Shown piece by piece: positions 20,140 through 30,022 of a stretch of 64,000 nt of DNA; positions within the stretch are counted from its first letter, which is position 1, and the number at the start of each line of letters is the position of its first letter. The stretch is taken from positions 18,937-82,936 of the forward strand of contig CALCTT010000100.1 of assembly GCA_937906895.1 (NCBI GenBank), written 5' to 3'. Position numbers and translations under genes: made by a program. A model generated the notes under the pieces. It did not search any database. It was not told the origin of the DNA and was given only the letters and a program-made list of their open reading frames with translations. The DNA is from an uncultured Clostridia bacterium (GTDB lineage: Bacteria > Bacillota > Clostridia > Oscillospirales > Acutalibacteraceae).

Positions 20140-21765
20140 ATGAGCAAAAAAATTACACTTAAAGTATTATCTTCACTTAAAAAAATATATCATAACGATA
20201 AATTACCTGAAAATGACTATCCAGGTTTTTCCATGCTTAAAAATGAAGTTAAATCATTTCAGATTGCAGTAGAAACTGATTTTCAATTTAACGGAAAAAT
20301 CATAATTGAATCTTTATTTGATTTGGTTAACGTATATTCTGTTGAACATATTAAGTCTGATTATCCCATGTCAAAAGGTGCTGATGATTATTATCGTTTT
20401 AGCGACGACGGATACTATCCTGATTTACTTTTGCCTGTTTCAGACGAAATCTCATTTAAAAAAGGCATCAACATTTTCTGGATTGAAATAAAAGCAAATA
20501 ATAATCTAATTGGACAACATAAAGTAAATATAAGAATACATAATGAAAGTACCGAAATAACAGAAAAAAGTTTAGATATTGAAGTGATTGATTGTGAACT
20601 CGATTTTAAGGATTTTATATATACAAATTGGTTTCACACAGATTGTCTGATGTCTTATTACAATGTTGATGTTTTTAGTGATGAATATTGGAGAATTACT
20701 GAAAACTATTTAAAAACTGCAAATGAATACGGAATGAACTGTGTTCTCACTCCAATTTTCACTCCACCTCTTGACACTGAAGTCGGAAAAGAAAGACCAA
20801 CGGTTCAATTAATTGATGTTTACATAAATAATGGTAAATACTCATTTAATTTCGATAAGTTGACAAAGTGGATAAAAATGTCCCAAAAATGCGGAATCAG
20901 ATATTTTGAACTTGCACATTTCTTCACCCAATGGGGAGCAAATCACGCACCTAAAATAATGGCTACGGTTGATGGTGAATATAAGAAAATCTTCGGTTGG
21001 GAAACAAAATCTTCCTCTAAAGAATACACCAATTTCTTAACAGAGCTTTCTGTTGAATTAAAAAAATATCTTGAAACAAACGGACTTGAAAAAAGAGTTC
21101 TTATTCATGTAAGTGATGAACCGAATTTCTCAATGTTGCGTTCATATTCAAAAGCATCAAAATTAATACATAAATTATATAATGGTTATAAAATCGTTGA
21201 TGCTTTGTCTGATATATGGTTTTACAGACTTGGTATTGTTTCTACTCCAATTCCATCAAATGACCATATTGATAAATTTATCGGAAAAACTGACGAATTA
21301 TGGACTTATTATTGTAGTGCACAAACCAAGAAAAATGTTTCCAACAGATTTTTCTGTAATGATTCTATAAGAACACGAGTAATTGGCTACCAGATGTTTA
21401 AATATGATGTTAAAGGCTTTTTACATTGGGGTTATAACTTCTATTATACGCAATTATCAAAAGCTCTTGTTGACCCATTTAAAGTAAGTGATGCAGGCGG
21501 AAAATTCCCATCTGGCGACAGTTATGTCGTTTATCCTGCTAAAGATGGTACTGCTTATCATTCAATAAGATTAAAAGTCTTTTATGATGCTTTGCAAGAT
21601 ATGGCTGCATTAAACTCACTTGAAAAACTGACAAGTAAGCAATACTGTTTGAATATTGTTGAAAATAAACAGCAAATAACTTTTTCCGATTATCCTCATT
21701 CTGATGAATGGCTTTTAAATACAAGAGAAAAAATTAATTATGCAATTAAGGAAAATTTAAAATGA
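20140..21765 (+). CDS. DUF4091 domain protein (glycoside-hydrolase-like, no signal peptide)
   Basis: 541 aa. The central TIM-barrel-like region WFHTDCL...EYGMNCVLTPIFTPPLD and C-terminal GFLHWGYNFY recall the DUF4091 family. Confidence 0.55.
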   Translation: MSKKITLKVLSSLKKIYHNDKLPENDYPGFSMLKNEVKSFQIAVETDFQFNGKIIIESLFDLVNVYSVEHIKSDYPMSKGADDYYRFSDDGYYPDLLLPVSDEISFKKGINIFWIEIKANNNLIGQHKVNIRIHNESTEITEKSLDIEVIDCELDFKDFIYTNWFHTDCLMSYYNVDVFSDEYWRITENYLKTANEYGMNCVLTPIFTPPLDTEVGKERPTVQLIDVYINNGKYSFNFDKLTKWIKMSQKCGIRYFELAHFFTQWGANHAPKIMATVDGEYKKIFGWETKSSSKEYTNFLTELSVELKKYLETNGLEKRVLIHVSDEPNFSMLRSYSKASKLIHKLYNGYKIVDALSDIWFYRLGIVSTPIPSNDHIDKFIGKTDELWTYYCSAQTKKNVSNRFFCNDSIRTRVIGYQMFKYDVKGFLHWGYNFYYTQLSKALVDPFKVSDAGGKFPSGDSYVVYPAKDGTAYHSIRLKVFYDALQDMAALNSLEKLTSKQYCLNIVENKQQITFSDYPHSDEWLLNTREKINYAIKENLK

Positions 21766-22943
21766 AACGAGTTTTTAAAGAATTAAAAAACTTTATAAAA
21801 GAGACTGATAAAGTGTTATTGGGTCTTTGTATGTTGGCATCAGCATTCGGATGTATATCCGTTATGAGTGCTACAAAGTGGACTGTCGGTGACGGTGGAA
21901 TGTTTTCACGAGATTTCATAGTTATGGTTGCTGCTGTTTGTGCAGGTATTTTCATAGCACTTGTAATATCCGTTATCGACTATGAATTTATTATGAAAAT
22001 GGCACCTCTTATCGGACTGGTCTGTATTGCACTTATGCTTTTACTTTTTGCCATTGGTGTAGGACCACCTGAACGACCTGATGCAAAAACTTGGATTGAC
22101 TTTGGTTTTGTATATTTTCAACCGTCAGAAATTGTTAAAGTTGGTTTCATAATCACTTTTGGTGTACATCTTGAAAGACTTAAGAGTAATATTAACCATC
22201 CTTTTTCTATTTTACAACTTGGTATTCACGCACTCATTCCAATCGGACTTGTTATTAAAACCGGTGATATGGGTTCTGCTCTTGTATTTATTATTATTGC
22301 ATTCGCTATGCTTTTTGTTGCAGGACTTCATTGGGGATACTTTTTAGGTGGCGGACTTCTTATTATAGCAGCTTTACCGCTTGCCTGGATGTTCTTACTT
22401 GACAATATTCAAAAAGAAAGATTCTTAGCACTCGCCTACCCTGATTTATATCCAGATATTATTTATCAGCAAAAACGAGGACTTGCCGCACTTGGTGGCG
22501 GTGGAATAACAGGTCAGGGACTGTTCAAAGGTTCATTGACACAAATACCAAATGCAATTCCTGAAGCAGAAAATGATATGATATTTACAGTAATTGGTGA
22601 AGAATTAGGCTTAATCGGTTGTATTATTGCACTTCTTATTCTTACATTTATTGTATTAAGAGTTATAAACACAGGACGACATGATAATGTTGGCAACACT
22701 AAAGTTATGTGTTATGGTGTTGCGGCAATGATTATAGGACAAGTTATTATCAATGTAGGTATGTGTCTTATGCTTTTACCTGTTATCGGTATTACCCTGC
22801 CTTTCTTTAGTGCAGGCGGTTCATCAAACCTTTGTATTTATTTCTCAGTTGGTCTGATTTTAAGCTTTTACAGATATAATCAGCAAAGAGATATGATACA
22901 CGTTAGCCAGTCAAATATTTACAATCCATTTTCGGAGATATAA
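21762..22943 (+). CDS. FtsW/RodA/SpoVE family peptidoglycan glycosyltransferase
   Basis: 10-TM SEDS pattern, PSEIVK and ENDMIFTVIGEELG motifs. The start overlaps the upstream stop (ATGA). Confidence 0.85.
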   Translation: MKRVFKELKNFIKETDKVLLGLCMLASAFGCISVMSATKWTVGDGGMFSRDFIVMVAAVCAGIFIALVISVIDYEFIMKMAPLIGLVCIALMLLLFAIGVGPPERPDAKTWIDFGFVYFQPSEIVKVGFIITFGVHLERLKSNINHPFSILQLGIHALIPIGLVIKTGDMGSALVFIIIAFAMLFVAGLHWGYFLGGGLLIIAALPLAWMFLLDNIQKERFLALAYPDLYPDIIYQQKRGLAALGGGGITGQGLFKGSLTQIPNAIPEAENDMIFTVIGEELGLIGCIIALLILTFIVLRVINTGRHDNVGNTKVMCYGVAAMIIGQVIINVGMCLMLLPVIGITLPFFSAGGSSNLCIYFSVGLILSFYRYNQQRDMIHVSQSNIYNPFSEI

Positions 22944-22956
22944 CAGATTATAAAAT

Positions 22957-22981
22957 AAGAGGCCACAAAAAGTGACCTCTT
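22957..22981. terminator. bidirectional hairpin between convergent rodA-like gene and pcrA
   Basis: AAGAGGCCAC-aaaaa-GTGACCTCTT, one mismatch, with A/T-rich flanks. Confidence 0.55.
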
Positions 22982-22985
22982 AATT

Positions 22986-25337
22986 TTATGCTTTTTTGAC
23001 TACACCCATGTTTGCCATAATCTTTTTTGTACCGACTTTTTCAAAGGCAATTTCCATGAGTGTATCATTTCCCATTGGTTTTAACGATACAATCATACCT
23101 TTGCCGAATACCCTATGAGTAACTGTTTCACCGACAATAAATGTATCTGTTGATTTTTTTGGTGCTGAATTGAATCCCACACCAAAACCGCTTGTTGCAG
23201 GTTTAGATGGTGTAGGAGCAGAAGTTATATTCTGTCGGATTGGTGTTCTTGGCTTAACAAGAATTTCACAGCAATCCTTTGGTAATTCCTCCAAAAATCT
23301 CGATGGTCTGTTATACTTTGTTGACCCAAAAATCATTCTTGAACGAGTGTTGAGAAGATACAATTTTTCCTTTGCTCGTGTAATACCAACATAAGCAAGT
23401 CGGCGTTCTTCTTCTATTTCAGAGGAATCATAAAGTGACTGCATTCCCGGGAAAACACCTTCCTCAAGTCCGGGAATGAATACAACAGGAAATTCAAGAC
23501 CTTTTGATGCATGTAAAGTCATTAAAACAACTGAATCAGCATCTGCATTGTAATTATCAATATCAGTCAACAATGCAACTTCTTCAAGGAAATCGGACAA
23601 TTCACCTTCAGGATTTTCTTCTTTATATCGAATAAGGTTTGAATTCAGTTCATCTAAGTTCTGAAGTCTGTCTTCAAGTTTTTCTTTATCGGTTGATGCA
23701 AGATAATCTTTATATCCTGTTTCGTCAAGTAACGAAATGAAAACAGACGACATAGATTCACGATTAAGCAAATCAGCAAAGCTTTCAATCATCTGTGTAA
23801 ACTCAATCAGTTTTTGTGAGCTTCGTTTAAGTTTTTCATATTCATCAGCAGTTTTAAACACTTGGAACAAACTGATATTCAAAGCATCTGAAATCTCTTT
23901 TGCAGTTGCAATTGTAGTTGCACCGATTCCACGCTTCGGAACATTGATGATTCTTTCAAGTCTTACACTATCATCGTGATTGGAAATAACAGAAAGATAT
24001 GCAATTGCATCTTTAATTTCCATACGGTCATAGAACTTATGTCCGCCGATAATTCTGTATGGAATACCACTTCTTACAAAACATCTTTCAATTGAGTTGG
24101 ACATAGAGTTCATACGATAAAGAACAGCAAAGTCGCTGAACTTTCTGTTTGAATTCATCTGTTTCATTATTTCATCAGAAATGAACTTTCCTTCAGAATA
24201 TTCGTCTTCAAGAGTGTTGAGAACGATTTTGTCACCTGAACCGTTTGCTGTCCAAAGGTTTTTACCTTTTCGTTGCTCATTATTTGAAATAACAGCATTT
24301 GCACCGTCAAGAATATTCTGTGTTGAACGATAATTCTGTTCAAGACGAATAACCTGTGCATTTTTGAAATTATTCTCAAAACTTAAAATATTCTCAATTG
24401 TTGCACCACGGAATTTATAAATACTCTGGTCGTCGTCACCAACAACACAGATGTTGTTATAACCCTCCGACAAAAGTTTTGTAAGCATAAACTGTGCGTG
24501 GTTTGTATCCTGATACTCGTCAACGAGAACATATCTGAACTTTCTCTGATAATATTCTCTTACATCATCATTTTCCTTTAAGAGCTTAACTGTATAGAAA
24601 ATAATATCGTCAAAGTCCATAGCATCAGCACTTTTTAAAAGTTTCTGATACTTAGCGTAACACTCGCCAATTTGCTTTTCTCTGTAATTACCACTACCTA
24701 AATTCAAAAACTCTTCAGGTGGTACGAGCATATCCTTTGCACGACTGATTTCTGCAAGAATAGATTTGTGTGGAAGGAATTTATCGTCAATATTAAGAAG
24801 TCGCTGACAATCCTTCATAATTCGCTTACTATCATCAGTGTCATATATAGTGAAATGTTTTGAAAAACCTAAAAGTTCGGCATTTCTGCGTAAAATACGG
24901 ACACAAATTGAATGGAATGTACCTGCCCATATATCATTTGCCTCTTCACCTATTCTTAAAGCCAATCTGTCTTTTAATTCATTAGCGGCTTTATTTGTAA
25001 ATGTAAAAGCAAGGATTTCCCAAGGTTTTGGTGCATCAACTGACAAAAGATTTTTAATGTAAGGATAAACGCTGTTATTTCCCTCATAATACTCCTTCAT
25101 CAATCCGTAAGAATCATCTTCTGGATAATGCTCCAACTCATTTGAATTATATGCATTACCGTATTTAATAAGATTTGCAATACGATTAACCAGAACAGTG
25201 GTTTTACCACTACCTGCACCCGCAAGAATTAAAAGCGGTCCATCAATTGATAAGACCGCTTTCAACTGCATAGGATTCATTTTATTAAATTCTTTTTCAA
25301 TTATCTTTTTTCTTAACTCACAGATTTGTGAATACAT
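22986..25337 (-). CDS. pcrA: ATP-dependent DNA helicase PcrA (UvrD/Rep superfamily 1)
   Basis: AGAGSGKTTVL Walker A, LVDEYQDTN, TLHASKGLEF, VGITRAK motifs, 783 aa. Confidence 0.92.
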   Translation of the reverse strand: MYSQICELRKKIIEKEFNKMNPMQLKAVLSIDGPLLILAGAGSGKTTVLVNRIANLIKYGNAYNSNELEHYPEDDSYGLMKEYYEGNNSVYPYIKNLLSVDAPKPWEILAFTFTNKAANELKDRLALRIGEEANDIWAGTFHSICVRILRRNAELLGFSKHFTIYDTDDSKRIMKDCQRLLNIDDKFLPHKSILAEISRAKDMLVPPEEFLNLGSGNYREKQIGECYAKYQKLLKSADAMDFDDIIFYTVKLLKENDDVREYYQRKFRYVLVDEYQDTNHAQFMLTKLLSEGYNNICVVGDDDQSIYKFRGATIENILSFENNFKNAQVIRLEQNYRSTQNILDGANAVISNNEQRKGKNLWTANGSGDKIVLNTLEDEYSEGKFISDEIMKQMNSNRKFSDFAVLYRMNSMSNSIERCFVRSGIPYRIIGGHKFYDRMEIKDAIAYLSVISNHDDSVRLERIINVPKRGIGATTIATAKEISDALNISLFQVFKTADEYEKLKRSSQKLIEFTQMIESFADLLNRESMSSVFISLLDETGYKDYLASTDKEKLEDRLQNLDELNSNLIRYKEENPEGELSDFLEEVALLTDIDNYNADADSVVLMTLHASKGLEFPVVFIPGLEEGVFPGMQSLYDSSEIEEERRLAYVGITRAKEKLYLLNTRSRMIFGSTKYNRPSRFLEELPKDCCEILVKPRTPIRQNITSAPTPSKPATSGFGVGFNSAPKKSTDTFIVGETVTHRVFGKGMIVSLKPMGNDTLMEIAFEKVGTKKIMANMGVVKKA

Positions 25338-25356
25338 TTATATTTCTCCTATACCA

Positions 25357-25881
25357 TTAGAAAAGTGAATTTCCGTAACTATCTATACCAACCACAAGAG
25401 GGAATTTATCAAAAACAAGTTTTTTTACTGACTCACAGCCTAAATCATCAAATGCAATTACTTCACATTTCGTAATACACTTTGAAGCAAGAGCACCTGC
25501 ACCGCCTGTTGCACAAAAATATATTGCATTGTTTCTGATTATAGCTTCAATAACATCTTGATTTCGAGGACCTTTGCCAATCATACCCTTAAGACCTAAA
25601 TCAAGTAAAACAGGTGCAAATTTGTCCATTCTGCTTGACGTTGTAGGGCCACAACTACCGATAGCCATTCCATCAGGAGTTGGTGTCGGTCCTGCATAAT
25701 AGACAAATGCATTTTCAAGTTCAAAAGGCAATTTTTCTCCTGACTCAATTAACTGCATTATTCTTTTATGTGCAGCATCACGTGCAGTATAAACAACGCC
25801 AGAAAGGAAAACCCTGTCACCTGCTTTAAGGTCACTCACATCAGATATAACATCATTTGTATCAAAATAATATTCGGACAT
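25357..25881 (-). CDS. Fe-S type hydro-lyase beta subunit (class I fumarate hydratase / L-tartrate dehydratase C-terminal domain family)
   Basis: LSGVVYTARDAAHKR, GPTTSSRMD, GKG...ATGGAGAL pattern typical of FumB/TtdB beta subunits. 174 aa. Confidence 0.75.
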   Translation of the reverse strand: MSEYYFDTNDVISDVSDLKAGDRVFLSGVVYTARDAAHKRIMQLIESGEKLPFELENAFVYYAGPTPTPDGMAIGSCGPTTSSRMDKFAPVLLDLGLKGMIGKGPRNQDVIEAIIRNNAIYFCATGGAGALASKCITKCEVIAFDDLGCESVKKLVFDKFPLVVGIDSYGNSLF

Positions 25882-25883
25882 TA

Positions 25884-26579
25884 TTATTCCTCGTTAATTG
25901 TAACAGTATATGTAACATCACTGTCCTGAACATCATCTGCTGTGTCATAATCAAAATTATGTGATTCAAGTTCAGACAAGTCAGTATGTAAATTCAGAAG
26001 ATTTGAAGCTGAAGAATTAAGCTTTGAGCTGAGTGCATAAACATCCTTATGAAGCTGTTCAATTGATGAATTAAACTTTCTTGAAATTACATCAACATCC
26101 TTAAGAAGTGACTCGATTTCAGCAGCTTCACGCTTAATATCCTGTGAAGCAAAAGCACCGATATCCTTTGCCTTACTCTTTGCATTTTCAACAAGGTCGT
26201 CAGAATAACGACGAGCATCAATATAAGCTGCACCAATTTGCTTTTCGGCACGTCTTAACTTCTCACTCTTTTCGTCAAATTCAACACTTTTTTCACTTAA
26301 CTGTTTATTTTCTGAAAGAACTTCCTCAAGCTTCTGATTAAGCTCAGCAATTTCCTTTTCTTTTTCGTTGAGCTTTTCATTAACAACAGTTAATTCTTCA
26401 AGCTTTTCTTCGAGCTCTTCAATCTTATTTTTAAGCTCAAGTGCTTCCTCACGCTTTGAATCAAGTGATGCTTTTGTTTCAGCAGTTTCAGCCTGAAGTT
26501 GTTCGATAAGAGCGAGAACATCTGATTTTTTAAAACCACCAAAAAGAGCAGTTTTCATTACTGTAAATTCTTTACTCAT
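25884..26579 (-). CDS. coiled-coil protein with DivIVA-like N-terminus
   Basis: The N-terminal FGGFKKSDVLALIEQL resembles the DivIVA-type motif. The rest is heptad-rich E/K/L coiled coil. Confidence 0.4.
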   Translation of the reverse strand: MSKEFTVMKTALFGGFKKSDVLALIEQLQAETAETKASLDSKREEALELKNKIEELEEKLEELTVVNEKLNEKEKEIAELNQKLEEVLSENKQLSEKSVEFDEKSEKLRRAEKQIGAAYIDARRYSDDLVENAKSKAKDIGAFASQDIKREAAEIESLLKDVDVISRKFNSSIEQLHKDVYALSSKLNSSASNLLNLHTDLSELESHNFDYDTADDVQDSDVTYTVTINEE

Positions 26580-26729
26580 ATAAATTTTCCTCTTGATATA
26601 TGATTTTTATTTATTTTAACAGAAAATTTGTCATAAAACAACACTTATTGCAAATTTTATTATTTATATAAAAAAAGAATAGACAATGTGTTGAGAATGA
26701 TGTAAAATGAATATCGGGAGGAATGCTTT

Positions 26730-27701
26730 ATGAAAAAATCAACCAAGAATATGTTAAAAGCAAGTGCAATCGTTGGTACAACAGCTGGAGTTGTTTATCT
26801 TGCAATGGGGTCTCTCTTATACTATTTCACATTAACATCCAGTGGATTAAACAGACCATTTATTGCTAAAATTGCAAGTGGTACAAAAAATCCTGATGAA
26901 GAAAGAATTCGTATTAATGAATTAAAGAAAGAAGGCATTAAATGGTTTGATGCAATGCCAAAAGAATCCCTTGTAATCAAATCAACAAATTTCAATAAAA
27001 TTTTACACGCTAACTTAATTTTGCCTGAAAAAGAAAGTAATATTTTTGTATTTGTTATTCACGGATATACATCAAGCCCTCGTGGAATGGGTGTTTATGT
27101 CAAGCATTATCACGAAATGGGCTATAATGTGCTGACTCCATCTCTTAACGGTCACGCTGAAAGTGAATCTTCACGCATTACAATGGGTTGGAAGGACAGA
27201 CTTGATGTTATTGACTGGATAAACTTTATTGTTGAGAATTATCCTGATTGTAAAATTGTTCTTCACGGTGAATCAATGGGCTCGGCAACAACCATGATGG
27301 CTACGGGTGAAGATTTGCCTGAAAACGTAAAAGTTGCAGTTGCAGATTGTGGATTTACATCAGTGTGGGATATTTTTGACAATAAAATACGAAATAATTT
27401 TAAATTACCTACATTTCCATTTCTTAACAGTATGAATTCTGTCAATATGGTTTGTTCAGGATTTAATTTTAAAAAGGCATCTTCAATTGAACAGTTGAAG
27501 AAATCAAAAACACCAACAATTTTCATACATGGTGATAAGGATACCTTTGTTCCTTATGAAATGCTTGATAAGAATTTCGAAGCCTGTGCAAGTGAAAAAG
27601 AAAAAGTAACAATTGCAGGTTCACCACACGCAAGGAACTCAATTGTTAATCCTGAATTATATTGGAGTTCAGTTGAAAAATTTATAACAAAATATTTATA
27701 A
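26730..27701 (+). CDS. membrane-anchored alpha/beta hydrolase
   Basis: N-terminal TM helix, HGYTSS oxyanion region, GESMG nucleophile elbow, late D and H residues. Confidence 0.75.
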   Translation: MKKSTKNMLKASAIVGTTAGVVYLAMGSLLYYFTLTSSGLNRPFIAKIASGTKNPDEERIRINELKKEGIKWFDAMPKESLVIKSTNFNKILHANLILPEKESNIFVFVIHGYTSSPRGMGVYVKHYHEMGYNVLTPSLNGHAESESSRITMGWKDRLDVIDWINFIVENYPDCKIVLHGESMGSATTMMATGEDLPENVKVAVADCGFTSVWDIFDNKIRNNFKLPTFPFLNSMNSVNMVCSGFNFKKASSIEQLKKSKTPTIFIHGDKDTFVPYEMLDKNFEACASEKEKVTIAGSPHARNSIVNPELYWSSVEKFITKYL

Positions 27702-27711
27702 TTCTACATAC

Positions 27712-27749
27712 AAAAGCTGTCTTACATTTTCTTGTAAGACAGCTTTTTT
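27712..27749. terminator. bidirectional intrinsic terminator
   Basis: Perfect 12-bp stem AGCTGTCTTACA / TGTAAGACAGCT (27715-26 / 27733-44) flanked by an A-run and T5. Confidence 0.85.
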
Positions 27750-27762
27750 GAATATTGATTTT

Positions 27763-28617
27763 CTATTTAATTTTACTATATGCTTCAAGACTTTTGCTCA
27801 TTTTGTCGATATATTCCTCGATTTGCGGGTCAGAGTTAAGATTTCGTATTGCTTCAAGGTGGTTTTGTGTTTCGTCAGCATAAGACTTTAATTGTTCATT
27901 TTGTTTTTCTATGATGCTGTAATATGTTTTTTCTGTTTCAACTTTTTGCATTTTACTTTTAATGCGGAAAAGCTCATTTTCTTTTTCAAAACTTCTTTGA
28001 TACACGAAAAATAAGAATACCATAGGAACAAAAAGAAGCAAAATCACAATTGCAAGTGCAAACTGTCCTTTTTCATTAACGCCACCAATTGTGCAAACAT
28101 ACCATAATGTTGTAAGAGTCACAAGAACAGAAAGTGGGTATATACAAAGAGAAAGAGGAATTTTAGCCTTATTTTCACACTTAAGAAATCTTGATAAAAT
28201 AAGAATTGTTAAGAAATGTAAAACTTTTGAAAAGATTCCAATCATAACAATCATAAAATCATCTGTAAGATATCCCTGCATAACAGATTCTGTTGTTGAA
28301 ACCAAAATTATTTCTACTGCATATTCCCACACGCTACAGAAAAACATAATAATTATTGAATATAATATAGCTTTAACTAATTTGGCTTTAAAACACAAAT
28401 AACAGAACAATATGTTTATCAGACAATAACAAATTAAATTTAACCAGACAACATTTCCACCAAGTACATTAACAAGCATTGCAAAATAATGGAAAATTAA
28501 ACCAATAATAAGGCATCTTGTTGGTTCATATTTCCTCTCAAGGGCATGAGAAAAGAATATGTAAGCTGCAATTGCTTCAATAAAATATGCAGCAGTTAAA
28601 ACAATATAATAAAACAT
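27763..28617 (-). CDS. truncated paralog of the adjacent AgrC/LytS-like kinase: membrane sensor plus DHp helix only, no ATPase domain
   Basis: Colinear with residues 1-285 of ORF 28726-30021 (for example FEKENELFRIKSKMQKVETEKTYY vs IEKENELFRLKNEMDKVETEKSYY). Ends right after the ...YSK(I/V) position. The H-box reads YADETQNH instead of YAHDAKNH. Confidence 0.7.
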   Translation of the reverse strand: MFYYIVLTAAYFIEAIAAYIFFSHALERKYEPTRCLIIGLIFHYFAMLVNVLGGNVVWLNLICYCLINILFCYLCFKAKLVKAILYSIIIMFFCSVWEYAVEIILVSTTESVMQGYLTDDFMIVMIGIFSKVLHFLTILILSRFLKCENKAKIPLSLCIYPLSVLVTLTTLWYVCTIGGVNEKGQFALAIVILLLFVPMVFLFFVYQRSFEKENELFRIKSKMQKVETEKTYYSIIEKQNEQLKSYADETQNHLEAIRNLNSDPQIEEYIDKMSKSLEAYSKIK

Positions 28618-28725
28618 TTTGTTTCCTTTCCAACTAAAAATTTTTATTTATTTGTTTTATAAATTATAGGTGAGGCTTCTTCTTGATGGGAAGGCAATCA
28701 TCCTCACAAACTCCAATTTTATGTG

Positions 28726-30021
28726 TTATTTTTTGACAGAATCATTCATCATAACAGTTGCTGTGAAAACTTTATTTTCACTATCATATTCCCAGTCGTA
28801 ATCACCATTATATTTTGAGAGTGTTTTTATAACGCTTTTAAGACCGATACCGTGAAGTTTTTTATCGATTTTTGTGGTAACCAATCTATCGTTTACAACT
28901 TCGGGAATTGTGTCACAACTGTTAGTAATAATCAAAACATCATAGGTATTTCTGTAATCAGTTGATAAAGTGATTTCACGTTTTTGTGATTTTTCAGCAG
29001 ACTCCAATGCGTTGTCGAGAAGATTACCAAGGATAGTTACAAGGTCATAGCTTTCGACATATTCAAGGTTTTTAAGTCTTGTGTCAAAAGTAAATTTAAC
29101 ATCTTTGATAGAACATTCTGTTACATATCTATTAATAATAACATCAAGTGAATGGTTACCACTACGACTAACCTTACTGTATGTCGCAAGACTTGCTGTA
29201 ATTTTATTAAGATACTCTTCAATTTGTGGGTCAGTATTTAAGCTCCTGATTGCAGAAAGATGATTTTTAGCATCGTGAGCATAAATTCTTAAATTCTGAT
29301 TTTGTTTATCAAGAATATCATAATAAGACTTTTCAGTTTCAACCTTATCCATTTCATTTTTCAATCGGAAAAGTTCATTTTCTTTTTCAATGTTTCGCTG
29401 ATAAATCAGGAACAACAGAGTTGTAGGCACAATAAGTACAAGGCTGATTATTGCTAATGCTATCTGTCCTGTTGAATTTACACCGCAATAAGCACAGACA
29501 TAGAAGAATATGTGAAGTGAAATCATAAGTGCTAAAGGATAGATAAAGAACGAAAGTGGTGCTTTAAAACTACCGTCTTTAACAATAAATCTTGATAAAA
29601 TAAGTACAGTTATGAACAACAGACCTTTACAAATACAAGCCATTACAACAAAGGAAAAAGCACCATTTAAATGTTCTACAAGGTCTTTTTGCATAATTGT
29701 TGTTAATATGAATTCAACAACTATTTCCCATATTACACCAATAAGAGTGATTATAGCACCATAGAACAAAGACTTTTTAACATTAAGGTTAAAACAAAGA
29801 TATGCATAAAGTATGTCAATAAAAAGATATACGAACAAATTGAGCCATATTGTCTGTTTACAAAGCATATTTAATATACAACCAAAGGCAAACAAACCGA
29901 TACCAATTAGATAACAATGTGATGTTTTTACTTTCTTTTCAGCCGCTGCAGAAAAGAATACATAAGCTGATATAAATTCAATAATGTAAGCAACAGTTAT
30001 TCCACCATACAAATACATCAA
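28726..30021 (-). CDS. sensor histidine kinase, AgrC/HPK10-like (polytopic sensor domain + GHKL ATPase)
   Basis: Six or so TM helices, H-box RIYAHDAKNHLSAI, C-terminal N-box/G-box (LLDNALES, HGIGLKSV). Adjacent to a LytTR regulator. Confidence 0.8.
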   Translation of the reverse strand: MMYLYGGITVAYIIEFISAYVFFSAAAEKKVKTSHCYLIGIGLFAFGCILNMLCKQTIWLNLFVYLFIDILYAYLCFNLNVKKSLFYGAIITLIGVIWEIVVEFILTTIMQKDLVEHLNGAFSFVVMACICKGLLFITVLILSRFIVKDGSFKAPLSFFIYPLALMISLHIFFYVCAYCGVNSTGQIALAIISLVLIVPTTLLFLIYQRNIEKENELFRLKNEMDKVETEKSYYDILDKQNQNLRIYAHDAKNHLSAIRSLNTDPQIEEYLNKITASLATYSKVSRSGNHSLDVIINRYVTECSIKDVKFTFDTRLKNLEYVESYDLVTILGNLLDNALESAEKSQKREITLSTDYRNTYDVLIITNSCDTIPEVVNDRLVTTKIDKKLHGIGLKSVIKTLSKYNGDYDWEYDSENKVFTATVMMNDSVKK

Positions 30022-30022
30022 A

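Noticed and set aside
28657-28701. 14-codon ORF (MIAFPSRRSLTYNL) between the two kinase paralogs, considered as a possible AgrD-like autoinducer precursor
   Set aside because: It is far shorter than known LytTR/Agr-type pheromone precursors and has no leader or amphipathic region. No AgrB-like processing gene is present, and the region is better read as a weak hairpin plus a promoter for the downstream paralog.
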